NCBI GenBank assembly: GCA_964016885.1
Contig: OZ024749.1
Location: forward strand, 7,688,001 to 7,752,000
Length of the DNA stretch: 64,000 bases
Origin: Eledone cirrhosa
Lineage: Eukaryota
Direction of reading: 5' to 3'
Shown here: positions 14,378 through 27,798 of the stretch, piece by piece
How positions within the stretch are numbered: position 1 is the first letter of the stretch
Layout: every line of letters begins with the position of its first letter
Program-made: the position numbers and the translations under genes
Notes under the pieces: generated by a model
Database searches by the model: none
Told to the model about the DNA's origin: nothing
What the model saw: the letters and a program-made list of their open reading frames with translations, nothing else

Positions 14378-14590
14378 GGGTGAAGGTGCGTGGCTGAGTG
14401 GTTAGATAATTGGATTTGTAATCGTGAGGTTGTGAGTTCGATTCTCGGACCGGGTGACACTTTATTTCACGTTGCTCTTTCTACATGGAGTTGCGACCGA
14501 TAGATAGTATCAACCGATAGATAGTATCAACAACTGGAAAGAACAATGGAAACATTGTTTCCTCGGTCCGATTTGACAAAAGTCGTTCGA
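14378..14590 (+). mobile_element. SINE S2 copy (internal deletion)
   Basis: GGTGAAGGTGCGTGGCTGAGTGGTTAG...GTTCGATTC; 3' end shared with 26707-26927. Confidence 0.8.
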
Positions 14591-14744
14591 CTGTCGATAT
14601 CTAAGTGGAGAGATAATCTGACTACAATACTAGTAGACACATACACAGGTACTCACACATAGCATACTTGCGCACACATACACAAATAAAGGCATTTCTA
14701 TGTATGTATACAAGTATGTATATACGTATGTATGATTTAAAATT

Positions 14745-14778
<34 letters not shown>

Positions 14779-14883
14779 CGCTTTCATATTTGTTTTGAAA
14801 GATTTTTTTATTTAAAAACCCGTGTTAAAACAGATATTGTTGTTCGTTGGAGGGTCCGGCTGCCAATAAAAACACGCAGAACT

Positions 14884-15150
14884 GTTGGTGTTCACTTCTG
14901 TTTATTACAAATTTCCAGTTCTTTGGATTAGTATCTGGGTGGTTGTATATTTATTGCAGAATTCCTTCGTCACTCATTCTGTGACCTCCTCAGCACATAA
15001 AAGCAAGATAGTGTAGGACAGAACAAGGAAGAGACACAAAATAACAAATTAGTCACCGAGAAGGTCAAAGGACGTGTGACGAAACAACCACCCAATTACT
15101 AAACCAACCAACTGGAAATTTATAATAAACTGAAGTGAAAGCAACACACA
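14884..15150. mobile_element. old diverged fold-back element with degenerate HHR in each arm
   Basis: TTCACTTCTGTTTATTACAAATTTCCAGTT pairs with AACTGGAAATTTATAATAAACTGAAGTGAA. The minus arm reads CTGAGGA-GGTCA..TGAC-GAAG and the plus arm CCGAGAA-GGTCA..TGAC-GAAA. Confidence 0.6.
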
Positions 15151-15153
15151 CAC

Positions 15154-15184
<31 letters not shown>

Positions 15185-15229
15185 GGTGTGTGTGTGTGTG
15201 TATAGTTTTCTCCAAAATGGCTGACTGAC

Positions 15230-15445
15230 TATATTCGTGTTTTTTCTCCAAAACTTATTTTTCATTCCATCCCCTTCTCCCTCTCTATCTGTCTATTACG
15301 TCTTTCGTTTCTTATTCTATCTTTCGATGAAGGACTAGCGACTGAAACGTTATGCCTCTTATCCTAAATTATCAAGCATTAAATTAATATATTTCTGCAT
15401 TGTACTGTATTGTTTTCTTTGTTGTTTATATTTACTTTTCCCATA
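15230..15445 (+). mobile_element. family B HHR-bearing short element
   Basis: Core 15324-15352 TCGATGA-AGGACTAGCGACT-GAAACGTTA; shared downstream sequence with the other B copies. Confidence 0.7.
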
Positions 15446-15473
15446 TATATTTTCCTTGAGCACCTATGTTCTG

Positions 15474-15532
<59 letters not shown>

Positions 15533-15534
<2 letters not shown>

Positions 15535-15744
15535 TTAGGTTTGTTGGTTCACCACTGGATAGAACTGGTAATTCCGTATGGTCAATCCTGGTGTAATATT
15601 GTGAAGAGTACTCAACGCAGTGCAGTTCACCCATCTTCGTTTGTGTAGTTGGTGGTGCGAATACGGAGTTAATTATAAATGAAATAACAGGAGGCTGGAC
15701 TGGTGTAAATGGATTTACACCAGTCCAGCCTCCTATTATTTCAT

Positions 15745-15745
<1 letters not shown>
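15533..15745. mobile_element. (TA)n-embedded element with 33-bp-arm fold-back (15678-15710 / 15713-15745) and one-sided tail
   Basis: AATGAAATAACAGGAGGCTGGACTGGTGTAAAT-GG-inverse, one mismatch. Confidence 0.7.
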
Positions 15746-15818
<73 letters not shown>

Positions 15819-16472
15819 CTGTTTATGTGTATATGTGTGTCTGTTTGTGTGTGTGGTATGTGTTTGTGTGTGTGTAGGGGGGCATGTGTAGGTTCTTACG
15901 TATGTATACGTGTATGTATAGACCCCTAACTCTTGCTAAATACGTAGATACGCCTTAGTGAAATACAGCATGATTTGGGTATTTTAACCTTGGTAAAACC
16001 TTACTCTCTCCCTCTGGGTTTCAACACAATCGACTTCTTCCAGTTGATAGGGAAATAAGTCCTTTCTTTTAGCGATATGGAAAGGATGAAATGAGGATAT
16101 GACCTCAGCAGGATCCGAACTCACAGTGCTGGGAGTCAGACAAATATCATGAACTCATTCCATCTGATGTTCTGACTACTCTGTAAGCAAACAAACCCAA
16201 AATGTTATAAGAAAATAATCGATTTGGAGGAAAATAACGATTTACTACCAAGATATGTATATGATTGATTATTTATGTAAATTGTACCATTTCAAATATC
16301 TCTCACACGCGATATATACACAAATAGTTATGTATGTATGTATGTATGTATGTATGTATGTATGTATGTATGTATGTATGTATGTATGTATGTATGTGTC
16401 TCTATGTGTGTATACACATACGCACATATATATACATACATATGTATGTGTACATATATATATATCGTTATG

Positions 16473-16519
<47 letters not shown>

Positions 16520-16576
16520 ATACATATGTATATGCGTTAAATGACAGCGATTAATCAGAAACACACATAGGTACAA

Positions 16577-16652
<76 letters not shown>

Positions 16653-18904
16653 ATATGTAAGTGTGTGTGTATATATGTATGTAAGTGAGAAACACAGAAA
16701 TATTACTAGAGTTATTGTTTTCCTTTAAATCTAATATGAAATATAAATAATATCATATATAGATATCACATATAGTTAATTATGAAGCGAGTCAGTGTAA
16801 ACGTGAAATAATCAAATTGAAACGAACGATTATTAAATCTCCACACGACACGAACATTTCAATTGAAATAATATTCTATATATAACACATCCAAACGATT
16901 TTAATATGATATGTAATGAGATAATGGAGGGGACACGAAATAGGAAGAGATTGAAGTAGCAGGAGATTGGGTGGAAAACTGCCACTGGTAAATGTGAAGG
17001 GCCAGGTACCTGTCAGTGGATGTCAATGACTTACGGTTTTCTGATCATTCCTTTATGCTAGCCGATGAAACTCGGGGGTTTATGGAAATTATACTTTAAA
17101 AAAAAACAAGAGGAAAGCAGCAGAGAGGGTTTCTAGATGGTTATGGCTTAAAAGAAGTGACCGGTTGATTTATTAGTATATATGACACTTGGACATATTT
17201 TTAGACTTGATCCACCTGGATTGGTTCACCTGGACGGTTGTGTATGATTTAAGACAGGAAACATTTTAAATCCAGGATAAAATACTGATGATATATTTAA
17301 AGGTTTGTATTTATAGCTGTGTCACTGCTTGCGGGTGTTTAGTGTGGTGTATAGTGGGTTGTTTAGTGTATATATGATCTGCCTTTAGTTTCATATCTGT
17401 AGACGTGTGACGAACAACGACTATACCACACATATTATGCTTATGATGGTGAATTTGTTGAATTCTAAATACGTGTAGTCTTCTGGTTAACCTGTTGATG
17501 TGATGATTGCAGGTTCATGTCTGGGTCCAGGTGGTGTGTTGTGATCTTGTGCAAAATATTTTATTTTCTGTTGCTCCTTTTGGCTGTAGTTACGACCGGA
17601 AGTTGTATCAGCAATGGAAACATTGTTTCTCTGATCCAATTTGACAATGGGTGCCTCTAGGAGGAGGTATCAGGGATTATTTGTGAGAGTTTTAGTTTGA
17701 ATTAATCGGAGGATTTGCGATGGCTCTCTCGGCTTTCTGAGCTGAAACCCAGCCTTTATTATTTTTGCTATTCGTCCTTTCAGAGTCGATAAATAAAACC
17801 CCAGATCTGTGTGGTACAATGACGCAATAGTTAGCGACTTCGCTGAAGGCCGAACTGGATTATCTCTAGCTTGTCCCTCGGATATGTTCGCTGGTGTGGA
17901 GGGGGAAAAGCCTGCAAGCATGGACGATTGCTATCGTTTCTGAAAAAACAAAACCTTGTTATGGACTGCGGTTTAAATAAACAAATTTTACAAATGCTAT
18001 TTACAAATGTGATTGTCTTACAAGGCATATGGAGATCTCAGGCACCACATATAATACATGGTGAAATCAAATGACTGGGAATTACAGTAGATACATTTTG
18101 GGGTGTTAGATTAAATACCCCATAAGATAATATTCCTTCTATTTCTCGTGCACTTTTACAAAGATTATAGGATGTTCGGTAATAATCTTCTATATTGCTA
18201 AGTAGCTAAAAGCATAACACAGGAACGCAGTATCGTCTTAATAAAATCAGTTATAAAAGTCCCTTAAAACTACGTGACTTTCTTCTTATAGAAGTATACT
18301 GCCTCATAAAATAGTTTAGCGAAAATATATCGTTTCCATTCTATACACCCGTTTCCTCAAACTGGTAAAACAGGTAGACTTACCTCATTGCCGTAGATCA
18401 AGACTACTGATCACGTGCCGTTAGCTGGAACAAACGCACAACACACTCATAAACACACAGACACACACCGACAGATTAACACACACATATATACAATGAA
18501 ACACACAACCACATAGACACACAGACATAGGCACATACAAATATAATCACACACACACAGACACACATTGATACATACACATTGACACAAACACGGTGGT
18601 CGCCTCAAAACACACATAGACAAACACACACACACACACATGAATGCACACACACACATAGACAGACATACATATTGACACACACATATACACACATTCA
18701 CACATAGACACATACTAATTGACACACAGATGGTGATTCCCTAAAACACACATACATACACGCACACACATAAACACACACACATAAACACACACATAGA
18801 CAGGCACACATGGACACAGTAAGAAACAAATGATTTTTTTTTATTCTTGATGGGTACTAAAATGCCTCCTAAAGTACTCAACATAGAGAAATACTTAACG
18901 CAAG

Positions 18905-19625
18905 GTCTTCTTATCGTGTCTACAAGAGACAGTTATAAAGCTTGGCTACATGAGGTTCTGTCACATCTGAACACATTGCTGTCTCTTCTGTCCACAAGAG
19001 ACAGTTACAGAGCTGGCTAGATGTGGTACTGTCACATCTGAACACATTGCTGTCTCTTCTGTCCACATGAGACAGTTACAGAGCTGGCTATATGTGGTAC
19101 TGTCACAGCTGAACACATTGCTGTCTCTTCTGTCCACATGAGACAGTTACAGAGCTGGCTAGATGTGGTACTGTCACAGTTGAACACATTGCTGTCTCTT
19201 CTGTCCACAAGAGACAGTTACAGAGCTGGTTAGATGTGGTTCTGTCACAGCTGAACACATTGCTGTCTCTTCTGTCCACAAGAGACAGTTACAGAGCTGG
19301 CTAAATGTGGTTCTGTCACAGTTGAACACATTGCTGTCCTTGTGTCCACAAGAGACAGTTACAGAGCTTGGCTAGATGTGGTACTGTCACAGCTGAACAC
19401 ATTGCTGTCCTTGTGTCCACAAGAGACAGTTACAGAGCTTGGCTAGATGTGGTACTGTCACAGCTGAACACATTGCTGTCCTTGTGTCCACAAGAGACAG
19501 TTACAGAGCTTGGCTAGATGTGATTCTGTCACATCGGAACACATTGCTGTCTCTTCTGTCCACAAGAGACAGTTACAGAGCTTGGCTAGATGTGGTACTG
19601 TCACAGCTGAACACATTGCTGTCAT
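18905..19625 (-). repeat. 71-72-bp minisatellite (~10 copies) derived from the 3' end of the adjacent LINE
   Basis: ACACATTGCT at 18971, 19042, 19113...; the unit matches the single-copy LINE end at 19850-19900. Confidence 0.9.
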
Positions 19626-20200
19626 TTCTCATTAAACTCTACAAGTCCAATGCTGTGTAGAGGTGTTCCTCTAGGAGCTGCTGCATAGTCTCTGGTTTTA
19701 TTCCACAGTCACACACAATGTCCACATTCTTTAAATATCCTCAGTTTTCAAGAATGACCTTTGCACTTACAGTACAGTAGTTTGTATTACTGGCTATCAG
19801 ACATAGTGTATCTAGGACTATATTATCCAATGTTCACAAGGGTGTCGGCTACAAAGCTTGGCTAGATGTGGTTCCACCACAGCTGAACACATTGCTGTCC
19901 TTTGTCTTTTCTCATTAAACTCTACCAAGTCCAATGCTGTGTAGGGGTGTTCTAGCAGGAGGATATCAGGAGGTGTTGCGTAGTCTGTGTTTGATGCTAC
20001 AGTCACACTCAACTTCCCCATCCTTTAAATATCCCCATTTTGCCAGATTGCTGTTTGCACATCCAACACGAGATCTTAGTCTGTTGATGCATTTCCACAC
20101 TGTATAGTTTGTATCTGCTCCGGAGGGCAGTACCTCGCTCGCATTTATCTCCATTGTTGTTACAGATGGAAGGTTGTTAAGTTTTCTTCCCAGCGAGTGA
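19625..20200 (-). mobile_element. Vingi/Ingi-like LINE C-terminal fragments (two partial copies)
   Basis: LPSGADTNYTVWKCINRLRSRVGCANSNLAKWGYLKDGEVECDC fits the WxxLNRLR..KWG..CDCG zinc-knuckle. The ORF ends QCVQLWWNHI*. Second copy GYLKNVDIVCDCGIKPETMQQLL. Confidence 0.75.
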
Positions 20201-20324
20201 CTCTTTCACTACTTATGGTTTGTGATTCATGCTAGGTAGTAAAACAAATATAAACTTGGTAGACTACAACTAAATCCGTCTTAATCGATGGTAAATCATG
20301 AAGAGAGAGCTCAACGAAAACTGA

Positions 20325-20610
20325 CTTCGTCTTCTTCCCCCACTTATTCCTGAGAGGGTCGTTGGGGAAGAGTCCTCAAACCCTCCCTCCAGTTGGTCCT
20401 GTCAGAAGCAACCGTCTCCAACTGATCCGGCAGGATCCCCAAGCGTTACCAGCCAAACTCATGGATCTTATCTAACCATCTTTCCAGGAGTCTACCGACG
20501 GGTCTAATGCCGGTTGATTTTGACCGTAAAATCTGTCCAGCAATTCTTTCCCGAGACATTCTAACCACATGCCCATAGTATCGGATCTATGATCTCTTAA
20601 TTCGGAGATA
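20325..20610 (-). mobile_element. RTE-clade (Expander/Rex3-like) LINE 3' end, decayed
   Basis: Minus translation RYYGHVVRMSRERIAGQILRSKSTGIRPVGRLLERWLDKIHEFGW*RLGILPDQLETVASDRTNWREGLRTLPQRP followed by a GAA-rich tail. Confidence 0.85.
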
Positions 20611-20824
20611 ATTGACAATTGTAGATATTTCTGGACGGCAACATAACTCACTCGCTGTGAAAAATAGATTGCAAGAAAAAATATGATACACCATATTTTA
20701 CCATATCATTGCTGTGTTTCTACTGAAATACATTTCTTAATGTTTTCAGATCAATTTGAAATAATAAATAATTTAGAGGGAGTCTATTATATAAATAACT
20801 ATCTTATTTTTACCTGAATACACA

Positions 20825-21030
20825 CGTGCTTTTTCTAAAAATTGTTTTTCATTCGTTCCTCTTCTCACCCCTACCTTTCTAGTTCATCTTTTATTTCTTA
20901 TTCTATCTGTTGATGAAGGAATAGTGTCCGAAACATAAAGACTCGCTTACTACTGTATCAAGCATCATACTAATATACTTCTTCATCGTACTGTGTCGAT
21001 TTCTCTGTTATTTCTGTTTACATATTGCAT
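20825..21030 (+). mobile_element. family B copy (degenerate HHR)
   Basis: TTGATGA-AGGAATAGTGTCC-GAAACATAA at 20910-20938. Confidence 0.65.
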
Positions 21031-21084
21031 ATAAACATATGATATATATATGTATATATTCACACACATACATATGCATATATG

Positions 21085-22902
21085 GAACAGAACAGAACCC
21101 TTCTTACATAGAACACCGAAACTAAATATGAAGGATCATAAGGACAATTTTTAATCTGAAATACCTGTCAGACTTATAGCTACATCTAAATCTGACTTAG
21201 GGATTATTAGTAAAAACATCTTGGACAAAATAATTTCAATTTCGATCCCAACTAAAATTGTTGAATGGTACAAATGAAGTTATTGACTGGTTTAAAGATC
21301 TGAAAAATAAAGGCAAGACTAAATTTATTCAATTGGATATAACCAGTTATTATTATTCTATTACTTCAGCATTACTTAACAAAGCCTTATCATATGCTAC
21401 AAAATATTCAGATCTTTTGAATAATGAAATTAATATTAACTTTACCGCTAGTAGGACTATTATTGACTTTAACGGAGATCTATGAACTAGTGCTGATAGA
21501 CATGCAAATTTCGACATTATTATGGGATCTACAGACTCGGCTCAGGTCACAGACCTCGTTGGAATCTTTATCCTTAACTTAATTCACAGAAAAAAAACAT
21601 AAACCTGGTGGTAGATTATATCGGGATGATGATCTCTTTATGGTAACTAACCATAATAACAGCGCCCTTAATAGAAAGAAGAACATTATAGCTGACTTTT
21701 TTAACAATTACGGCCTTAAACTTGAAATTGAAAATAATAAAATAGTTAATTTCTTGGATATAACATTAAACCTTAAATCTGGCCTTTTCTACCCATTTCA
21801 TAAATTAAATTAAAAAACTTAATAGTGCTAACTTCCATTCAAACCACCCGAGAAATATTAAAAAGTCTATAGTTATCAGCGTTCAGCAAATAATCTCTTG
21901 ACTCTCGGCTAATAAGGATACTTTTGATAATAAAGCTAAATATTATAACGATGCGTTAAATAGAACAGGTTAGCTTCGTAAAATTGAATATATAGATAAA
22001 AATACTTATACACAAACATCTTATGACAATATCCAGAGCATAAACCATAGAACTAGACCAAATAAGTCATATAATCGATATAACTCATACAAAACCAATA
22101 AGACTAGTAAAAGAAAATCTGCTCTCATTCTATTTTATCACCACTATCACTTGGAATCAAGAAAAACTTCTCTCCTCTTCTTCAATGCTCTTGATAAATG
22201 CTTCCCCAAAACGCATAAATATAGTAGAATTTTTAATAGATATACAATTAAACTCTCATACTCAACCCCTATGAATATTGCTCAAAATATAGCTAAAATT
22301 AATAATAGAAATCTCGGAACTATTCATATGGAACTAACCATTAATGATAATCAGAGGATCACTAGTATAATCAACTCTCCGATTAACAACAATTATACCA
22401 ATAACTTGAACTATGAAAACAGAGAGGCACCATTAAATAACAATGGAGGTAATTGCACTTGTAAAAATAGTTATTCTTGCCTATTAAGTAATAACTGTCT
22501 TGACCGTAATCTAGTTTACAAATGCATTGTCAAAACAAAAGTTAAGTCTTTTAATTATGTAGGTGCTACTTCCTCTAAATTTAAAGAAAGGTGGTATAAC
22601 CACTGCCACACGTTTAAGTGAGAGGATAAAAGATTTAGTGCTGTTTTCTTGGGATTAATTTGGTCACTGAAAAATAAAAATATAGAATATTCTCTTTCTT
22701 GGCAAACACTTCTAATGCTTTACCTTATATAAATTCTCCAATTTCTAAAAGTTGTAACTTATGTACGACCGAAATTTTCTATATTCTTATGAATAGGAAA
22801 TTAATTATTAATAAAAAGTCTGAGACATTTAGTTCGCGCCTCCACCGTTTTTCAAAATCCATAGAGTCTTTAGTTAGATTTTTAAATAGTTTACATAAGT
22901 AA
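21085..22902 (+). pseudogene. Penelope-like element RT + GIY-YIG endonuclease, 5'-truncated, with stops and frameshifts (probably Naiad-like)
   Basis: KDHKDNF..VRLIATSKSDLGIISKNILDKI; FIQLDITSYY; FDIIMGSTDSAQVTDLVG; LYRDD (YRDD 21619-21630); VNFLDITLNL; SNHP; IFNRYTIKLSYS; CTC..C..CL..LVYKC..YVGAT..FKERWYNH; CNLCTTE. Confidence 0.92.
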
Positions 22903-23419
22903 TAGATATTTCTTTGTATATAATTTTAATTCTCACCGTCACTTATTCTTGAATACATTTTAAATTGTTAAATTAAACGTTATATATATTCAAAAAGATA
23001 AAATAATAAAAAAGGTATTATTCCTTTATATTTAATTTTTAAATGATTTTCGTTTCCCTAAAAAATCTAATCGATACAACTAAATAATTTTTCCCGATTA
23101 TTTTTTTTTCTCTCTTATAATATTCCTACAGTAAAAATGTTCATCTACTTTAAATTCAGGTTGTTTGTAAATGAATTAATTTTAATAGAAATTGATAATA
23201 CATACATTTCTTTCTTTCTAAATAATTATACAAAGTTTTAAATAACAATGTTGAATTGATAATTTTTAACATAGATAATGATCTCCCTTCTTCTAAAATA
23301 AATAATATATCACATACTATTAAAGCATTCTTAACTATATATTAAAAGATATAAAAACAACCATATTAACTATTAAATACTTTTCTATTCAGAAATTTCA
23401 ATATCTAAATATAAATAAT

Positions 23420-23606
23420 TGTTACTACTTTAGGCACAAGACCAGCAATTACTCAGTGCATTACTGGTACTTTATTTTATCGACCCCGTAAGGATGAAAG
23501 ACAAAGTTAACCTCGGAGGGATTTGAATTCAGATCGTAAAGGGACGTAACTATGCTGGAAAGCATGGCGTCCGACCCTCTACCGATACTGCCAATCCACC
23601 GCCCTT
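23420..23606 (-). mobile_element. full-length SINE S1 inserted in the PLE 3' region with a 16-bp TSD
   Basis: TCTAAATATAAATAAT at 23404-23419 and 23607-23622. Confidence 0.92.
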
Positions 23607-24016
23607 TCTAAATATAAATAATAAGGGATAGCTTACCTACAAATTCTATAATCCAATTTTTTTCCCCCTTTATTCTTATATCTCCATTATATTATCCCTG
23701 TCTTAATGGAATACGTTTTCCTCATACAATATATACTTTTGATTTAATACCTATCCATAATAATTATAAGTGAAATTAAGACGGAATAACTGTCAATAAC
23801 TGTCAACTTTTGTTTCGTATTTTTCTGACAAATCTAATTACGCTATATTTTAAATAATTTATAAAACGTTTAAACCAACAGTAATATTTCCCCCACCGAA
23901 CCAATCAGGTAACACCCTTAATGCTGAGGTTTTTCTACTCATATGACTGGTGGTCGGCGATTTCTCCAGTTCTTTTGTCTACCAGCATATCAGGAAAAAA
24001 TTATACATTTTCTATG

Positions 24017-24094
24017 TATTTTGTCTGAGGAGGACATGTTTTGCTTTTTGTTATACATAAAATTTTGCATCTTCGAAATATATATAATGAAATA
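24017..24094 (+). ncRNA. type I HHR in the 3' pLTR of the 21-24 kb PLE
   Basis: TATTTTGT-CTGAGGA(24025)-long imperfect stem II-GAAA(24075)-TATATA-TA-ATGAAATA. Confidence 0.72.
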
Positions 24095-24176
24095 AATAGA
24101 GAAGATATAAAGTGTATATCTTTGTTTTATTACTAATATTACACACCCGCACACGCACGCACACACATATATATAG

Positions 24177-24225
<49 letters not shown>

Positions 24226-24249
24226 ATATGATCTGTTATTTTTATCTAA

Positions 24250-24425
24250 AGACATTTTCTCCACTTCCACCCCGCCCGTCCCCTCAATCTATCTTCTTTC
24301 TCATTCTTTCTTTTGATGAAGGACTAGCGTCTGAAACGTTAAGGCCCTCTTCCTGCTATATCAAGCTTTAACCTAATATATACCTTCCATATACTGTACC
24401 AATTGTGTTGTTATTTCTGTTTAAC

Positions 24426-24432
<7 letters not shown>
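24250..24432 (+). mobile_element. family B copy
   Basis: CTT-TTGATGA(24313)-AGGACTAGCGTCT-GAAACGTTA-AGG. Confidence 0.75.
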
Positions 24433-24485
<53 letters not shown>

Positions 24486-24606
24486 AGATTTTTACATGAA
24501 CTTATAATAGGTTTTTATATAAATATATAAGTATATATATACACACACACATATATATGCATGTATATATACATATATGTATATATAAGTAATATGTATA
24601 TATATA

Positions 24607-24741
24607 TAACAAAAGAAGTGTGGTAAGGAACCAGGTGGACCATAACGCACCAGACTATTCAATACTTAGGGTAGTAGAGTGGGTAATAGAAACATGTTTA
24701 ACCCCGACGGTAGAGCTCAAGCCGTCGGGGTTAAACTTTTT

Positions 24742-24743
<2 letters not shown>
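24607..24743. mobile_element. family H element, minus tail plus short hairpin
   Basis: GTGGTAAGGAACCAGGTGGACCATAACGCACC shared with 51478 and 55015; hairpin 24696-24710 / 24722-24736. Confidence 0.8.
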
Positions 24744-24813
<70 letters not shown>

Positions 24814-25461
24814 CATACATACATACATACATACATACATACACACATACATACATACATGGTGGCTGCCAACTCATTTTCGAGTACAGTCACTACTTTA
24901 TATCCATGTAGGAGAACCCCTACCGAAGCGCTGAACAAGTGTGACTTTTTAGTCCAGCCAGCGACTTGAAAACTCTGGTACAAACACTACACTTGTGACA
25001 ATTATTGACACATAGTGCCGGGCCCATGGTGCCATGTGACGACAAGTGCAGAGAGATCTCCAGATATAAAGCAATGCCTGTGCCGTGAAGCTTTTATAGT
25101 GAGCAAAGGCACTGCACAATACCAGTCCCACTCACTTAACCAAGATGATATATACATACATACATACATACATAAATACATACAAACAAACAAACAAACA
25201 CACAAACAAACAACCAAACAAACAAATACTGATTCTTACACGAAATTATAATAGGTTTTTATATAAATATAAATACTTTAAAACAAACAGATTTAAATGC
25301 TAGAAATCGTGCTGGTTTCAAGCAGTTTCCTATCAAATAAGTTGGCTAAAATATAATTACACTTCCACACGAAGTTCTTTGTTTACAATATATGTTGCAA
25401 ACTTATATATATATATAGTTGTTTTGCAAGGACTTTGATAAGAAATCGTGTGTTGAAACAA

Positions 25462-25632
25462 ATATTGTTATGTTTGGGGAGGGTCATATTGTTATAATAT
25501 TGCCAGAAGAAATAACTATGGAGATATAAAAGATAGATAAGTAGAAACCAACCAAAATCATACAGTGAGTGTGATATTTTATTACTTCTGGCAATATTAT
25601 ATCAATATGACCCTCCCCAAGTATAACAATAT
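25462..25632. mobile_element. family J inverted-repeat element (54-bp arms; MITE-like or fold-back)
   Basis: 25462-25515 is inverted to 25579-25632; fragments at 1781, 9505 and 53135. Confidence 0.75.
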
Positions 25633-25703
25633 ATATATATATATATATATATATCTATGGAGGAGGTTATAGTTCACTTGAAACATTGTGTAATGAGGTA
25701 TAC

Positions 25704-26093
25704 ACGTTTGTATATGTATAATAAAGCCAAAACAATGCAGGTATGGCCATAGAATAAAGAATGCAAATACAAAAGATATTGTTGACAATTAGTCTTTTAC
25801 CTTAGATTTAATTAAATGTCCTTAATCTTCGAGATAATATCTCTTCTTCGGAGGGAAGTAAAGCGGTTAAACCACTGTTCTAAATAGGTTGTCAGCATGA
25901 CTTGGCAAGCTATTTAGAACAGTGGTTTAACCGCTTTACTTCCCTCCGAAGAAGAGATATTATCTCGAAAATTAAGGACATTTAAATAAATCTAAGGTAA
26001 AAGACTAATTGTCAACAATATCTTTTGCATTTGCATTATTTATTCTATGTCCACACCTGCATTGTTTTCTCTTTATTATACATATACAAACGT
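25704..26093. mobile_element. family I fold-back (~190-bp arms, 8-nt spacer) with HHR-like motif
   Basis: Arms 25704-25894 / 25903-26093; CCT-CCGAAGA(25946)-AGAGATATTATCTC-GAAAATTA-AGG. Confidence 0.8.
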
Positions 26094-26094
26094 T

Positions 26095-26223
<129 letters not shown>

Positions 26224-26257
26224 ATATATAATATAGATATATATATATATATTTATA

Positions 26258-26501
26258 CTATCAATAATAATGAGTTCGAAACTCAGGCAGTCTTTTACAA
26301 TGAAATAGCTCAAAGAAAGAAGTATTTCTGAGCCCTGTAATACAAGTTAATATAAATTAATATATTTGATAAACACAAATACCAACATATTTATGTTTGT
26401 ATTGTAAATGACCAAGTTAGCTAACTTGGTCATTTACAATACACACATGAATATGTTGGTAGTTGTGTTTATCAAATATATTAATTTATATTAACTTGTA
26501 T
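26258..26501. mobile_element. spacer-less palindrome (81-bp arms, 26340-26501) with one-sided tail
   Basis: Centre GTTAG|CTAAC at 26420/26421; tail GAGTTCGAAACTCAG..TTTACAAT..AGCTC resembles 9760-9800. Confidence 0.8.
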
Positions 26502-26636
26502 ATATATTTATATGTATATATATATATTTATATGTATATATATATATATTTATATGTATATATATATTTATATGTATATATATATATATATAATATATAT
26601 ATATATATAATATGTATATATATATAAAAATATGTA

Positions 26637-26674
<38 letters not shown>

Positions 26675-26706
26675 CATATTTTTATATATATATATATATA
26701 TATTAT

Positions 26707-26940
26707 AGTGAAGGTGTGTGGCTGAGTGGTTAGAGAATTGGATTCGCAATCGTAAGGTTGTGAGTTCGATTCCTGGACCAGGCGATGCGTTATGTCCTTG
26801 AGCAAGACACTTTATTTCACGTTGCTCCTTCTACCTGGAGTTGCGACCGATAGATAGTATTAGCAATTGGAAAGACCAACGGAAACATTGTTCCCTCGGT
26901 CCGATTTGACGAAAGTCGATCGTCCTTAAAAAAAAAAAAA
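26707..26940 (+). mobile_element. full-length SINE S2 with poly(A)
   Basis: tRNA-like head, CORE-like centre, A-tail at 26927-26940. Confidence 0.88.
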
Positions 26941-26943
26941 TAC

Positions 26944-26992
<49 letters not shown>

Positions 26993-27798
26993 TTCAAGAG
27001 TAACCAATCTTAAAGAGAGAGATGGAGATAGGAGAGGAGATAGGATAGGAGAGATTGGTGAATTAGTTAGAAGCCAAAGCGTAAAGGCATGTGCTCAATG
27101 TGCAATATGCAGTAGAAAGCAGCTCGGTGGCCGGGTTCATGCAGAAGTTAGGCGCGCAGAGCTTGAAATATACATTAGTTAAGCAAAACAAGACCACAAA
27201 TTTCACAAGGAAGACATTATTAAAAGATTGTCAACATATTTTAGTTTGATATTAGGAATGTAGAGAATAATAATAATAATATTAATAATAATAATAATAA
27301 TTTCCGTTTACAATTGTTTCGCTACTCCATATAATATTTCTGGATCAAATGACTATATATCATTATTGATCTGGTTCAGTTGAAAATAATTAACATATTT
27401 AAAAACAGAGCGGCTCAACGGAACTTCAAAGGAACATAAATTAAGATAAGAGAATGTTACATAATGTAATGTTCCTTATATTGGTATTTCACTATGGTGT
27501 CCTGGGTGTATCAATTGTCAGCCATAATCAAGCAGTATTCATCTGTCGAGGCTGCATTGTGTGCGATCTGCCTATGGGTAACAAGATGGCCGCCAATGGA
27601 CATATTTACCTTACTAATTAGAGGGTGGTTTCAGGGGGAGTAACTCCTCGAGAGTTTAGAAATTGTGGGTAGTTTATAGTTAAGTGCTAATTTTTTTATT
27701 TTGTTTTGAGACACAATGTAGTGGAGGTAACTTATAATTATCTAAGTTAGTTATAGCTATTTAACTTATTAGCTACAAGTAAAAATGGGGCTAGATGA

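Noticed and set aside
20825-24432. Family B copies as LTRs flanking the PLE
   Set aside because: The two copies are clearly diverged, are separated from the PLE by microsatellite, and the PLE has its own different HHR pLTR.
26707-26780. tRNA gene
   Set aside because: tRNA-like SINE head followed by a CORE-like body and poly(A); no complete cloverleaf.
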